A stretch of 64,000 nucleotides of DNA from assembly GCA_002269645.1 (NCBI GenBank), contig NIVC01000224.1, forward strand, positions 410,781 through 474,780, written 5' to 3'. Each line of letters starts with the position of its first letter. The first letter of the stretch is position 1. The stretch comes from Macrostomum lignano. Lineage: Eukaryota. This document shows, piece after piece, positions 18,753 to 29,000 of this stretch. Made by a program: the position numbers and the translations under genes. The notes under the pieces were generated by a model that made no database searches, was not told the origin of the DNA, and saw nothing but the letters and a program-made list of their open reading frames with translations.

Positions 18753-20267
18753 ATGTCCGAACCGAGCACTTCTTGTTTTATTAAATGCTGCAACGATCCC
18801 GCATGTGGCACTGGTATTCGAATCCCACAGCCATTGTGTGAGAAACACATTATGCAGGACATAGAAATTGTGCGAGTACTATGCAAAAATATGCAGAAGA
18901 AGCTGAAGCCATGGCTAAAACTGCAAAAAGAATTTCGGATGCAGCAGCAAGCTCTGTCAGTTGAGCTGCAAGAGACTGAGGAGCTGTTTGAGTCGGCTGT
19001 GGACTCGCTGATGAAGTGGAAGGCAGCTGTGACAAAGCGACTGACTGAGAGACACGACAGCGTGTTGCAGAATCTGCAGCAGTTGTCCGCTCTGCAGGAG
19101 TATGAGCGAGAAGTGACGGACGCAGAAACGCACAATGACTTCAATAAAATGTTTGAAATTTCTGGCGCATTCGATATTGAAAGTGAAGAGTTACAGGTGG
19201 TATTTGGCACGACTATTACCGAAGACTCTGAGCGAGGCACTGGAAGGACTGTGGGCGATGTGAGCGGCTGTGTGAGGGACTTGCAGCTGCTGATTGACAG
19301 ACACCTGAGTGATGTGATGCAGCTGTGCGAGTCAGCAGAGCCTCTTACTGCACAAAAGCCAATCTGTGAGTTTCAGTCTGAAATAAAAGATCTGCCGGGT
19401 TCCCCTCTCCATGTGTCATCAGGCAGCAACACGCAAGGCTTTTACGTGGACTCTCAGAGAAAGGTGGTCAAGGAGGTCACTGACAGAGAGCTCCCACAGC
19501 CGTGTCTCTTCATTAGTTTTTGTCCTAATCATAAGATAAACCACCTTCTTGCCTGCTCAGTCGACGGCTTAGTGAAAGCGCAGCTACAGCTCGACATTGA
19601 TGTCTCAAAAACTGTTGTAGGACTCTGCTGTGACAGCAAGCGACAGAGTCTTTATGTCGCCCAGTTTGATGTAGTGAAAGTGACGGACCTGAGCGGCTGC
19701 GTGACGCAGGTTTTGAACTCTAGCAGCCTGGGACAGCCAGTTGACCTTATTGCTTTGTCCTGCAGCTCTGACAAGATATTTGCTTTGAGCAAAGGCAATC
19801 CAGAATGGTCAGTGCTGTGCATCGATAAAGACAGCGGTCAGCTGCAGACCAACATTACCTTAGTTGGTGTCTGTCCGTCCGCTAAATCCATCGAGGGAAT
19901 GTCATTAATTGACAACGCGCTGCTGCTCACAGACTATGCTAATATTTACAAAGTGTGCATCGCCAGCGGTCAGCTGATCTCGACTTACCCGACCAAGCGA
20001 AGTCGCCTTGAAAAGTTTCGTAAATGTGCTGGTGTCGCGGCTCATCGGTCGGGTCTGCTGTTTGTCAGCGAGTATTCAGGGCAAGTGCTTCGTTTGATGC
20101 GGAGTGACGGCACTGTGCTGCAGACTGTCGATGTCGAGTCTCAGACTGGCAGTGGCAGGAGAAATGTTGATAGCCCGTTTGGCTTGGCGATCATTGAAGG
20201 GTGCCCGAAGGTGCTGGCGGTGTGTCAATATTCAAAATCCATTGGCCTGTATAAGTTTACTGTGTGA
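18753..20267 (+). CDS. Zn-knuckle + coiled-coil + NHL-like beta-propeller protein, copy D
   Basis: 504-aa ORF with an in-frame 6-nt deletion at DYAN-IYKV. The upstream TTTTCAG TTACAACTCA ATG context matches copy B. Confidence 0.8.
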   Translation: MSEPSTSCFIKCCNDPACGTGIRIPQPLCEKHIMQDIEIVRVLCKNMQKKLKPWLKLQKEFRMQQQALSVELQETEELFESAVDSLMKWKAAVTKRLTERHDSVLQNLQQLSALQEYEREVTDAETHNDFNKMFEISGAFDIESEELQVVFGTTITEDSERGTGRTVGDVSGCVRDLQLLIDRHLSDVMQLCESAEPLTAQKPICEFQSEIKDLPGSPLHVSSGSNTQGFYVDSQRKVVKEVTDRELPQPCLFISFCPNHKINHLLACSVDGLVKAQLQLDIDVSKTVVGLCCDSKRQSLYVAQFDVVKVTDLSGCVTQVLNSSSLGQPVDLIALSCSSDKIFALSKGNPEWSVLCIDKDSGQLQTNITLVGVCPSAKSIEGMSLIDNALLLTDYANIYKVCIASGQLISTYPTKRSRLEKFRKCAGVAAHRSGLLFVSEYSGQVLRLMRSDGTVLQTVDVESQTGSGRRNVDSPFGLAIIEGCPKVLAVCQYSKSIGLYKFTV

Positions 20268-20761
20268 TTTTTGAAATACATTGGGATATATTTGTAGCAT
20301 TAAAGCTTGCTTGAAGTTGTGTTAGTTGTTTCCTTATCTCCTTTTATTGTCGCTTTAAATAACTTAATATAACTGAAATAACACTATAAATAATAATTGA
20401 TGTCTCATGTTTAGTATTTAGCTAGAGAAATGAGAAAAAATTGATATAAATTGTACATGAATACGAGTAGTTCCAGTTAAAATTTTATAAATTGCCATAC
20501 TTTCTCACTCTTTTCTGATCCCCCACTTGCAGCATCGCCAGACCTGCACTGTTTTTGTGCTTTTTGTTGCTGTCCGCGCTAAATGTTTTTTCTCTATATT
20601 TGACCCACTAGTTTAGCTAAAAAGTTTTTTGGCGAAGAATATACGATAAATAGACTAAATTTATGCAATGCTCAAAGTGCTTTTTTAACTTTCTGCGTTT
20701 GGAATAATTAGGTAGCTCCAAATGTAACTAGATTTGCGTGAAATATTTCAACTTTCCCTAA

Positions 20762-21360
20762 GGCCCCAAGCCTTCCAAATCCCCCAAGCTTCCCAAATCC
20801 CTTATGCTTCCCAAATCCCCAAGCTTCCCAAATCCCCCATGCTTCCCAAATCCCCCAAGCTTCCCAAATCCCCCAAGCTTTCCAAATCTACCCAGGTTCC
20901 CGAATTTCCCAAGCTTCCCAAATCCCCCAAGCTTTCCAAATCTATCCAGGTTCCCGAATTTCCCAAGCTTCCCAAATCCCCCATGCTTCCCAAATCCCCC
21001 AAGCTTCCCAAATCCCCAAGCTTCCCAAATCCCCCATGCTTCCCAAATCCCCCAAGCTTTTCAAATCTCCCAAGCTTCCCAAATCCCTCAAGCTTTCCAA
21101 ATCCCCTAGCTTCCAAAATCCCCCAAACTTCCCAAATTCCCAAGCTTCCTAAATTCCCAAGCTTCCTAAATTCCTAAGCTTTCCAAATCTACCCAGGTTC
21201 CCAAATCCCCCAAGCTTCTCATATCTCCCAAGTTTCCCAAATCCCCCAAGCTTCCCAAATCCCCCAAGCTTCTCAAATCCCCCCGCTTCCCAAATCCCCC
21301 AAGCTTCTCAAACCCCTAAGTTTCAGAAATACCCAAGCTTTTCAAATCCCCCAAACTTCA
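20762..21360. repeat. 18-bp minisatellite
   Basis: Unit CCCAAGCTTCCCAAATCC, degenerate. Confidence 0.92.
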
Positions 21361-21436
21361 AAAATCTTTTAAACTCTAAGCCGTTTTTTAATTGTGTCTT
21401 ACTGACTCTCAGTTCTGTGTAAATATTGCAGTTATT

Positions 21437-24234
21437 ATGAAACAAAATATGGTCTCCGCTATCAAGTCTGGCCAGAGTCCCAACGCGGACACATTCGATG
21501 ACCTGCCACTAAACGATACACTGAAACGCTCCATCCGTAACCATGGTTTTATCGAACTGTCTACAATTCAAAATCAAGCTTTCCCTTTGTACTTGAATGG
21601 GGAAAATGTGTTTGTTCAGTCACCGTCTGGCACTGGCAAGATGTCTATGGCCGCAATTTCAGTTCTGCAATCAGTGAAACTCCCAAGTTTGAGCTCTACA
21701 AATCCTGACAATCCTGTTCTGAGTCGTACTGCTCAAGCTTTGGTGCTGACTCCGACTAGGGAGATGGCTCTGTCAGCGAGCTGCATGTTTAATGACCTGG
21801 GAAAATCAATGGGCGTATTGTGTTGCGCCTGCGTTGGAGGTATTAAGGTTTGTGATTTGGCGTATCGAATAGTTCTATTGGCGTTGTCTATTAATTATGC
21901 CATAATTATTTATTAATCGTTCGATCCCATTTCCCCAGCCGCGGGATCAGAAGACTGAGCTAGATGCAGGCGTGGACATTGCGATCGGCACCCCAGGCCG
22001 AGTTGAAGACTTAATCAATCGAGGATGGTTGAGCACTGCTCAGATACGATTGATAATCCTCACTGAGACCGACGATTTGATTAGACGAGGTTTCAAAAAC
22101 AATCTGATTAACATAACTAGTCAGATGCCTGAAGGTTTGCAGGTAGGCTGTGCTGTGCTTTGTTTAAACCTTAAAACAATATATTCCATTTTTTTTAGTA
22201 AAGAGTCGCCGACCAAACTCATTAAAGAATCGCCGTCAAAAACCAAGAAAGAATCGCCCTCAAAAGCCAAGAAAGAATCGCCCTCAAAAGCCAAGAAAGA
22301 ATCGCCCTCAAAAGCCAAGAAAGAATCGCCGTCAAAAGCCAAGAAAGAATCGCCCTCAAAAGCCAAGAAAGAATCGCCGTCAAAAGCCAAGAAAGAATCG
22401 CCGTCAAAAGCCAAGAAAGAATCGCCGTCAAAAGCCAAGAAAGAATCGCCCTCAAAAGCCAAGAAAGAATCGCCCTCAAAAGCCAAGAAAGAATCGCCCT
22501 CAAAAGCCAAGAAAGAATCGCCCTCAAAAGCCAAGAAAGAATCGCCCTCAAAAACCAAGAAAGAATCGCCCTCAAAAGCCAAGAAAGAATCGCCGTCAAA
22601 AGCCAAGAAAGAATCGCCCTCAAAAGCCAAGAAAGAATCGCCCTCAAAAGCCAAGAAAGAATCGCCCTCAAAAGCCAAGAAAGAATCGCCCTCAAAAGCC
22701 AAGAAAGAATCGCCGTCAAAAGCCAAGAAAGAATCGCCGTCAAAAGCCAAGAAAGAATCGCCCTCAAAAACCAAGAAAGAATCGCCCTCAAAAGCCAAGA
22801 AAGAATCGCCCTCAAAAACCAAGAAAGAATCGCCCTCAAAAGCCAAGAAAGAATCGCCCTCAAAAGCCAAGAAAGAATCGCCCTCAAAAGCCAAGAAAGA
22901 ATCGCCCTCAAAAGCCAAGAAAGAATCGCCCTCAAAAGCCAAGAAAGAATCGCCCTCAAAAGCCAAGAAAGAATCGCCCTCAAAAGCCAAGAAAGAATCG
23001 CCCTCAAAAGCCAAGAAAGAATCGCCCTCAAAAGCCAAGAAAGAATCGCCCTCAAAAGCCAAGAAAGAATCGCCCTCAAAAGCCAAGAAAGAATCGCCGT
23101 CAAAAGCCAAGAAAGAATCGCCCTCAAAAGCCAAGAAAGAATCGCCCTCAAAAGCCAAGAAAGAATCGCCCTCAAAAGCCAAGAAAGAATCGCCCTCAAA
23201 AGCCAAGAAAGAATCGCCCTCAAAAGCCAAGAAAGAATCGCCCTCAAAAGCCAAGAAAGAATCGCCCTCAAAAGCCAAGAAAGAATCGCCGTCAAAAGCC
23301 AAGAAAGAATCGCCGTCAAAAGCCAAGAAAGAATCGCCCTCAAAAACCAAGAAAGAATCGCCCTCAAAAACCAAGAAAGAATCGCCCTCAAAAGCCAAGA
23401 AAGGATCGCCCTCAAAAACCAAGAAAGAATCGCCCTCAAAAGCCAAGAAAGAATCGCCATCAAAAGCCAAGAAAGAATCGCCCTCAAAAGCCAAGAAAGA
23501 ATCGCCCTCAAAAGCCAAGTAAGAATCGCCCTCAAAAGCCAAGAAAGAATCGCCCTCAAAAACCAAGAAAGAATCGCCCTCAAAAGCCAAGAAAGAATCG
23601 CCGTCAAAAGCCAAGAAAGAATCGCCCTCAAAAACCAAGAAAGAATCGCCCTCAAAAGCCAAGAAAGAATCGCCGTCAAAAGCCAAGAAAGAATCGCCCT
23701 CAAAAACCAAGAAAGAATCGCCCTCAAAAGCCAAGAAAGAATCGCCATCAAAAGCCAAGAAAGAATCGCCCTCAAAAGCCAAGAAAGAATCGCCCTCAAA
23801 AGCCAAGTAAGAATCGCCCTCAAAAGCCAAGAAAGAATCGCCCTCAAAAGCCAAGAAAGAATCGCCCTCAAAAGCCAAGAAAGAATCGCCCTCAAAAGCC
23901 AAGAAAGAATCGCCGTCAAAAGCCAAGAAAGAATCGCCCTCTAAAGCCAAGAAAGAATCGCCCTCAAAAGCCAAGTAAGAATCGCCCTCAAAAGCCAAGA
24001 AAGAATCGCCCTCAAAACTCATCAAAAGCCATCAAAGAATCGTCTTTCAACTTCCTGAAAAGTTCATCTAGCACTTTAAAGAAACGCCATGCCGCTGACT
24101 AAAGCTCCGAACCTCCATCATTTCAGGTGCTGATATTCTCGCCTACAGCTCCAGTTGAATTGATGGAATTGTTAAACAGTTTGAACTTGAACCCAAGCCC
24201 AGTGCATGTTCGACCTAATCTGGACCGACCGTAA
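21437..24234 (+). CDS. eIF4A-like DEAD-box protein, N-terminal RecA domain only, degenerate catalytic motifs
   Basis: Exons 21437-21847, 21939-22142 and 24127-24234, all phase 0. Motifs: FDDLPLNDTLKRSI..GF..STIQ (Q motif), SPSGTGKM (I), LTPTREMA (Ia), GG, GTPGRV (Ib), LTETDDLIRRGF (II; DEAD replaced by TETD), QVLIFSPT (III; SAT replaced by SPT), then stop. Confidence 0.8.
22201..24035. repeat. 24-bp minisatellite (about 75 units) in intron 2 of the eIF4A-like gene
   Basis: Unit AAGAAAGAATCGCCCTCAAAAGCC, bracketed by donor GTAGGC at 22143 and acceptor TTTCAG at 24121-24126. Confidence 0.97.
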
Positions 24235-24844
24235 AACTTGATATCTGATTAACGAATCTAACTTTTTGCTCCAACCTAATTATTGCCTTAATCATGTCAC
24301 ATCTAATCATTCAGTATCCTTGTTGTTATCGCACTGCGAACTTGGCAGTTATAAATCATGTTTCCATCTATACTAAAAAAAATAATGAAGAATCTGAATG
24401 AACGCCGTTCTAAGACCTAATTACACGAGCAGAGCCAATCACTTTTAATTGCAGCTTATAGCGACCTTGACAAAAAGCCGAAGCTGTGATGTAAATTCGT
24501 ATTTTATATATTTTTTATTCTAAAATTGTTTTAATAATTGAAAAATATACTATGCAAAACTTTTCAAGCTTTTTATTTTCTTACTAAAAGTATATGTTTT
24601 AGTCATTGTCTAATAATTTTAACTCCCTGTTGGGTAGACAAAAGTTTTTTTTCTACTAGAGTTTTAGATGTTTTAGAATGTCCAAAGAAGTTGAGAAAGC
24701 TCAATAATAGCAAAAATCTGAAATTGCATTTTTTCTAGCCTAAAATTCGACTTCCCACTATTTCACTGTCAGCAATTAGGGTTGCGGTTAAGGGTTTAGG
24801 TTAGTTTATTAGTGGTTGGTTGGCTTTGGTTGGGGTTGCCTTTG

Positions 24845-25865
24845 GTTGTGGTTTGGGTTGGTTGTAGTTCGGGTGGTTGTGGTTCGGGTTGGTTGTAGTT
24901 CGGGGTGGTTGTGGTTCAGGTTGGTTGTAGTTCGGGTTGGTTGTAGTTCAGGTTGGTTGTAGTTCGGGGTGGTTGTGGTTCGGGGTGGTTGTGGTTCAGG
25001 TTGGTTGTAGTTCGGGTTGGTTGTGGTTCAGGTTGGTTGTGGTTCAGGTTGGTTGTGGTTCGGGTTGGTTGTAGTTCGGGGTGGTTGTGGTTCAGGTTGG
25101 TTGTGGTTCGGGTTGCTTGTGGTTCAGGTTGGTTGTGGTTCAGGTTGGTTGTGGTTCAGGTTGGTTGTGGTTCAGGTTGGTTCTGGTTCGGGTTGGTTGT
25201 AGTTCGGGGTGGTTGTGGTTCGGGTTGGTTGTAGTTCGGGGTGGTTGTGGTTCAGGTTGGTTGTGGTTCGGGTTGGTTGTGGTTCAGGTTGGTTCTGGTT
25301 CGGGTTGGTTGTAGTTCGGGTTGCTTGTGGTTCAGGTTGGTTGTGGTTCAGGTTGGTTGTGGTTCAGGTTGGTTGTGGTTCAGGTTGGTTCTGGTTCGGG
25401 TTGGTTGTAGTTCGGGGTGGTTGTGGTTCGGGTTGGTTGTGGTTCGGGTTGGTTGTGGTTCGGGTTGGTTGTGGTTCGGGTTGGTTGTGGTTCGGGTTGG
25501 TTGTAGTTCGGGGTGGTTGTGGTTCAGGTTGGTTGTGGTTCAGGTTGGTTGTGGTTCAGGTTGGTTGTGGTTCGGGTTGGTTGTGGTTCAGGTTGTTTGT
25601 GGTTCAGGTTGGTTGTGGTTCAGGTTGGTTCTGTTTCGGGTTGGTTGTAGTTCGGGTCGGTTGTGGTTCAGGTTGGTTGTGGTTCAGGTTGGTTGTGGTT
25701 CGGGTTGGCTTTGGTTGTGGTTCGGGTTGGTTGTGGTTCGGGTTGGCTTTGGTTGTGGTTCGGTTGGTTGTGGTTCGGGTTGGTTGTGGTTCAGGTTGGT
25801 TGTGGTTCGGGTTGGCTTTGGTTGTGGTTCGGGTTGGTTGTGGTTCGGGTTGGCTTTGGTTGGGG
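24845..25865. repeat. 16-bp G/T-rich minisatellite
   Basis: Unit RGGTTGGTTGTRGTTC. Confidence 0.93.
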
Positions 25866-26013
25866 TTGTTGTTGTGTTAGTGTCGACAAGCAGGTGTGGA
25901 GTGCCCCAGTCGTAACATATTGCTGCATACCCTTTTAAGCATTGACATCTCAGCAGCTTATTTCAGACATTATGCATAACGATATCTTAAACAAATATTT
26001 CAGCTGCCAAGCC

Positions 26014-29000
26014 ATGGTGAAGCATCACAAAAAGAAAGAGAAAAATGCCGACTTCACTAAAGTGCGCCTGAAAGTTGGTCGTAAGTTGCCGAAATGCCTG
26101 AACGAAACAAAAATCAGTTTGGCTACAGGTAAAATTGTTGTTCGCGGTCAGGAGTCCGCCGCTAGCTCGGCTGATTTGGCATCTCCGGCCAGCCAGCCAC
26201 TGCAGTGGTCCACGGGCCAGGCTCTGTTGCGAAAACTGAGAGCCAGCCAGATGGACGAGCGAGTGGCCGCGGCTAACAAGTTGGCCAGGTTCGTGTTTGG
26301 GATAAGTTTTGGACTTGATTGTAATGAGTTGATTAGGGATGTTTAGATATTTACTGTAAGTAATATAATAAATATCTAATAATAAATATCTAAGTAAATA
26401 TCTAAAAAATCCCCCTTAAAACGCATCCAAGAATCTCCCTCAAAAGCCACCAAAGAATCACCCTTGAGAGCCATTAAAGAATCACTCTCAAAAAACCCAT
26501 CAAAGAATCGCCCTCAAAAGCCATCAAAGAATCGCCCTCAAAACTCATCAAATAATCGCCCTCAAAAGCCATCAAAGAATCGCCCTCAAAACCCGTCAAA
26601 AAATCGCCCTCGAAACTCATCAAAGAATCGCCCTCAAAAGCCATCAAAGAATCGCCCTCAAAAGCCATCAAAGAATCGCCCTCAAAAGCCATCAAAGAAT
26701 CGCCCTCGAAACTCATCAAAGAATCGCCCTTAAAAGCCATCAAAGAATCGCCCTCAAAACTCATCAAAGAATCGCCCTCAAAACTCATCAAAGAATCGCC
26801 CTCAAAACTCATCAAAGAATCGCCCTCAAAACTCATCAAAGAATCGCCCTCAAAACTCATCAAAGAATCGCCCTCAAAACTCATCAAAGAATCGCCCCTC
26901 AAAACCCGTCAAAAAATCGCCCTCGAAACTCATCAAAGAATCGCCCTTAAAAGCCATCAAAGAATCGCCCTCAAAACTCATCAAAGAATCGCCCTCAAAA
27001 CTCATCAAAGAATCGCCCTCAAAACTCATCAAAGAATCGCCCTCAAAACTCATCAAAGAATCGCCCTCAAAACTCATCAAAGAATCGCCCTCAAAACTCA
27101 TCAAAGAATCGCCCTCAAAACTCATCAAAGAATCGCCCTCAAGTACCTGAAAGCCCACCCCACTGCAATGCTCAGGTGGCTGGCAGACCTGGCTGCCGCT
27201 CAGCAAGAGCAGCAGCAACGCAACCGGCCAGTGCCATTCACAGTGCAGGATCTGACCGAGTACCTGTCCCCATGCCTTCGCGATCCAGCCAGCGCAGAAC
27301 TGCGATCAGCCTGCCGACGTGTCTTCACCGCCCTGCTCACCTGCGGCGTTGCCAGTCAGCCAGTGTGCCGGCCTGCTCTGTTCCAGTCTCTGCGCACCTG
27401 TTGGTGTCACGTGGACGAATCAATTCAAAACGAATCGGTACAACTACTCGAGTCCTTGCTAACTCACGCTCCCATTGTACTGTTGGAACGTGCTGACGAT
27501 TTTCGAGCGTTGCTCAATCGAAGTTTGAAGAGGCGTTTAACTGCGACAGTGCCAACAGGGGCATCAGCGGCTGCTGCTGGTGCGGGTGTTGCTTCAGCTT
27601 CGGTGGCTCAGCGAAGTCGAGGCCAGCTGATGTCGCTGGCTGCCTGTGTGGCCAGCTTTGCCGACCTGCTGGCTGAGAACTACTCTTCTGGTAAGTGCCC
27701 TCAAAAGCTATCAAAAAATTGCCCTCAAAGCCATAAAAATCGCCCTCAAAGCCATAAAAAATCGTCCTCAAAAGTCATAAAAATTCGCCTTCAAAAACCA
27801 TAGAAAAATCGCCCTCAAAAGCCATAAAAAATCGCCCTCAAAAGCCAGAAAAAATCGCCCTCAAAAGCCAGAAAAAATCGCCCTCAAAAGCCAGAAAAAA
27901 TCGCCCTCAAAAGCCCGAAAAAATCGCCCTCAAAAGCCAATACAGAATCGCCCTCAAAGAATTGCCATTAAAAATTGCCATCAAAAGCCAGAAAAATCGC
28001 CCTCAGAAGCCATTAAAGAATGGCTTTGATGCCATGCAGCGCTGACGATCGTTGGAGGGAGTGTGGTCGGTTGTAGCCTAGCCGTCAGAGCGTCGGACTC
28101 ACGACTGAAAGGTCGGGGGTTCGATTCCCAATCCCACTCGGAACAATTTGTGTTCAATTGAGCAAGACACTTAACTCTGCATTGCTTCAGTTCACCCAGC
28201 TGTAAAATGGGTGTCAGGATTAGCTGGGGATAATTGAGGGTCCGCAATAGCTGCAGCTGAGCTGTCGGTTGCACAACTGCCCATTAGCGCTGACTCCGTA
28301 CTGTGTACTGTGTACAGCGGCCCTGTCATTCACGTGACATCGTGACATCGTGGAAGATAACTTTTCCGTTTTTTTTATTCTTTAACCCACCACTTTCAGC
28401 TTCCCAGTTGAGCAGCTCAGATGCTTCATCATCTGCTCAGTACCAGCAGAGTAGGATTCTCGACTACCTACCGGAAGATTTCGATTTAAACAGCGCGGCT
28501 TGGTCCCGCTATCAGCTCAGCTGGAACTGCGACCTGGCGGCTACGGACTCGGATCCTACAGCTCTGGTTGGCTTAGCCATATCCGATCTTTATAACAGCA
28601 GCAGTAACAAAGACAAAGATCTACTTGTCGACGATGCAGAGACTGGCGGCGCAGAATCTTCAATTAGCAGCGATAGCAGTAGTTTTGAAGTGAATTTTGC
28701 TAGCCTAATTAAAGAGCTGTTTCCCGCTGAGTTCTCTGGTCGAGTTGGCGGCGTGAACGCTTATGAAGAGTTGCTGGCTTTGTTGAAGTGTCTGAGAAGC
28801 TTGTTGGCCTTGCATTTTGCTCGCACCGCTGCCGGGAGGCGAGACAGGGGCGGTGACAATCTAGTAGGCTCTGAGGAGCGGTGGTGGCAGTGTGATTGTT
28901 TCACCGCTGGAAAACCTAATAATGGTAACATCTTTTGACACTTTGAATGCCTAAATAGATTGATATTGTATTATGAGTTCGAAATTCTGCTGTGTGAAAT

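Noticed and set aside
22121-24025. 634-aa and 565-aa minus-strand ORFs (AFEGDSFL / RAILSWLL repeats)
   Set aside because: These are stop-free frames of a 24-bp intronic satellite, with no unique coding content.
24780-25865. Telomere-like G/T-rich array (and the CCCTAA in the 42-mers at 3470)
   Set aside because: The units are 16-mers or isolated hexamers, not (TTAGGG)n tracts. There is no evidence of a chromosome end or fusion.
28063-28140. Functional tRNA gene
   Set aside because: The acceptor and anticodon stems are broken and the sequence continues into a SINE body and tail.
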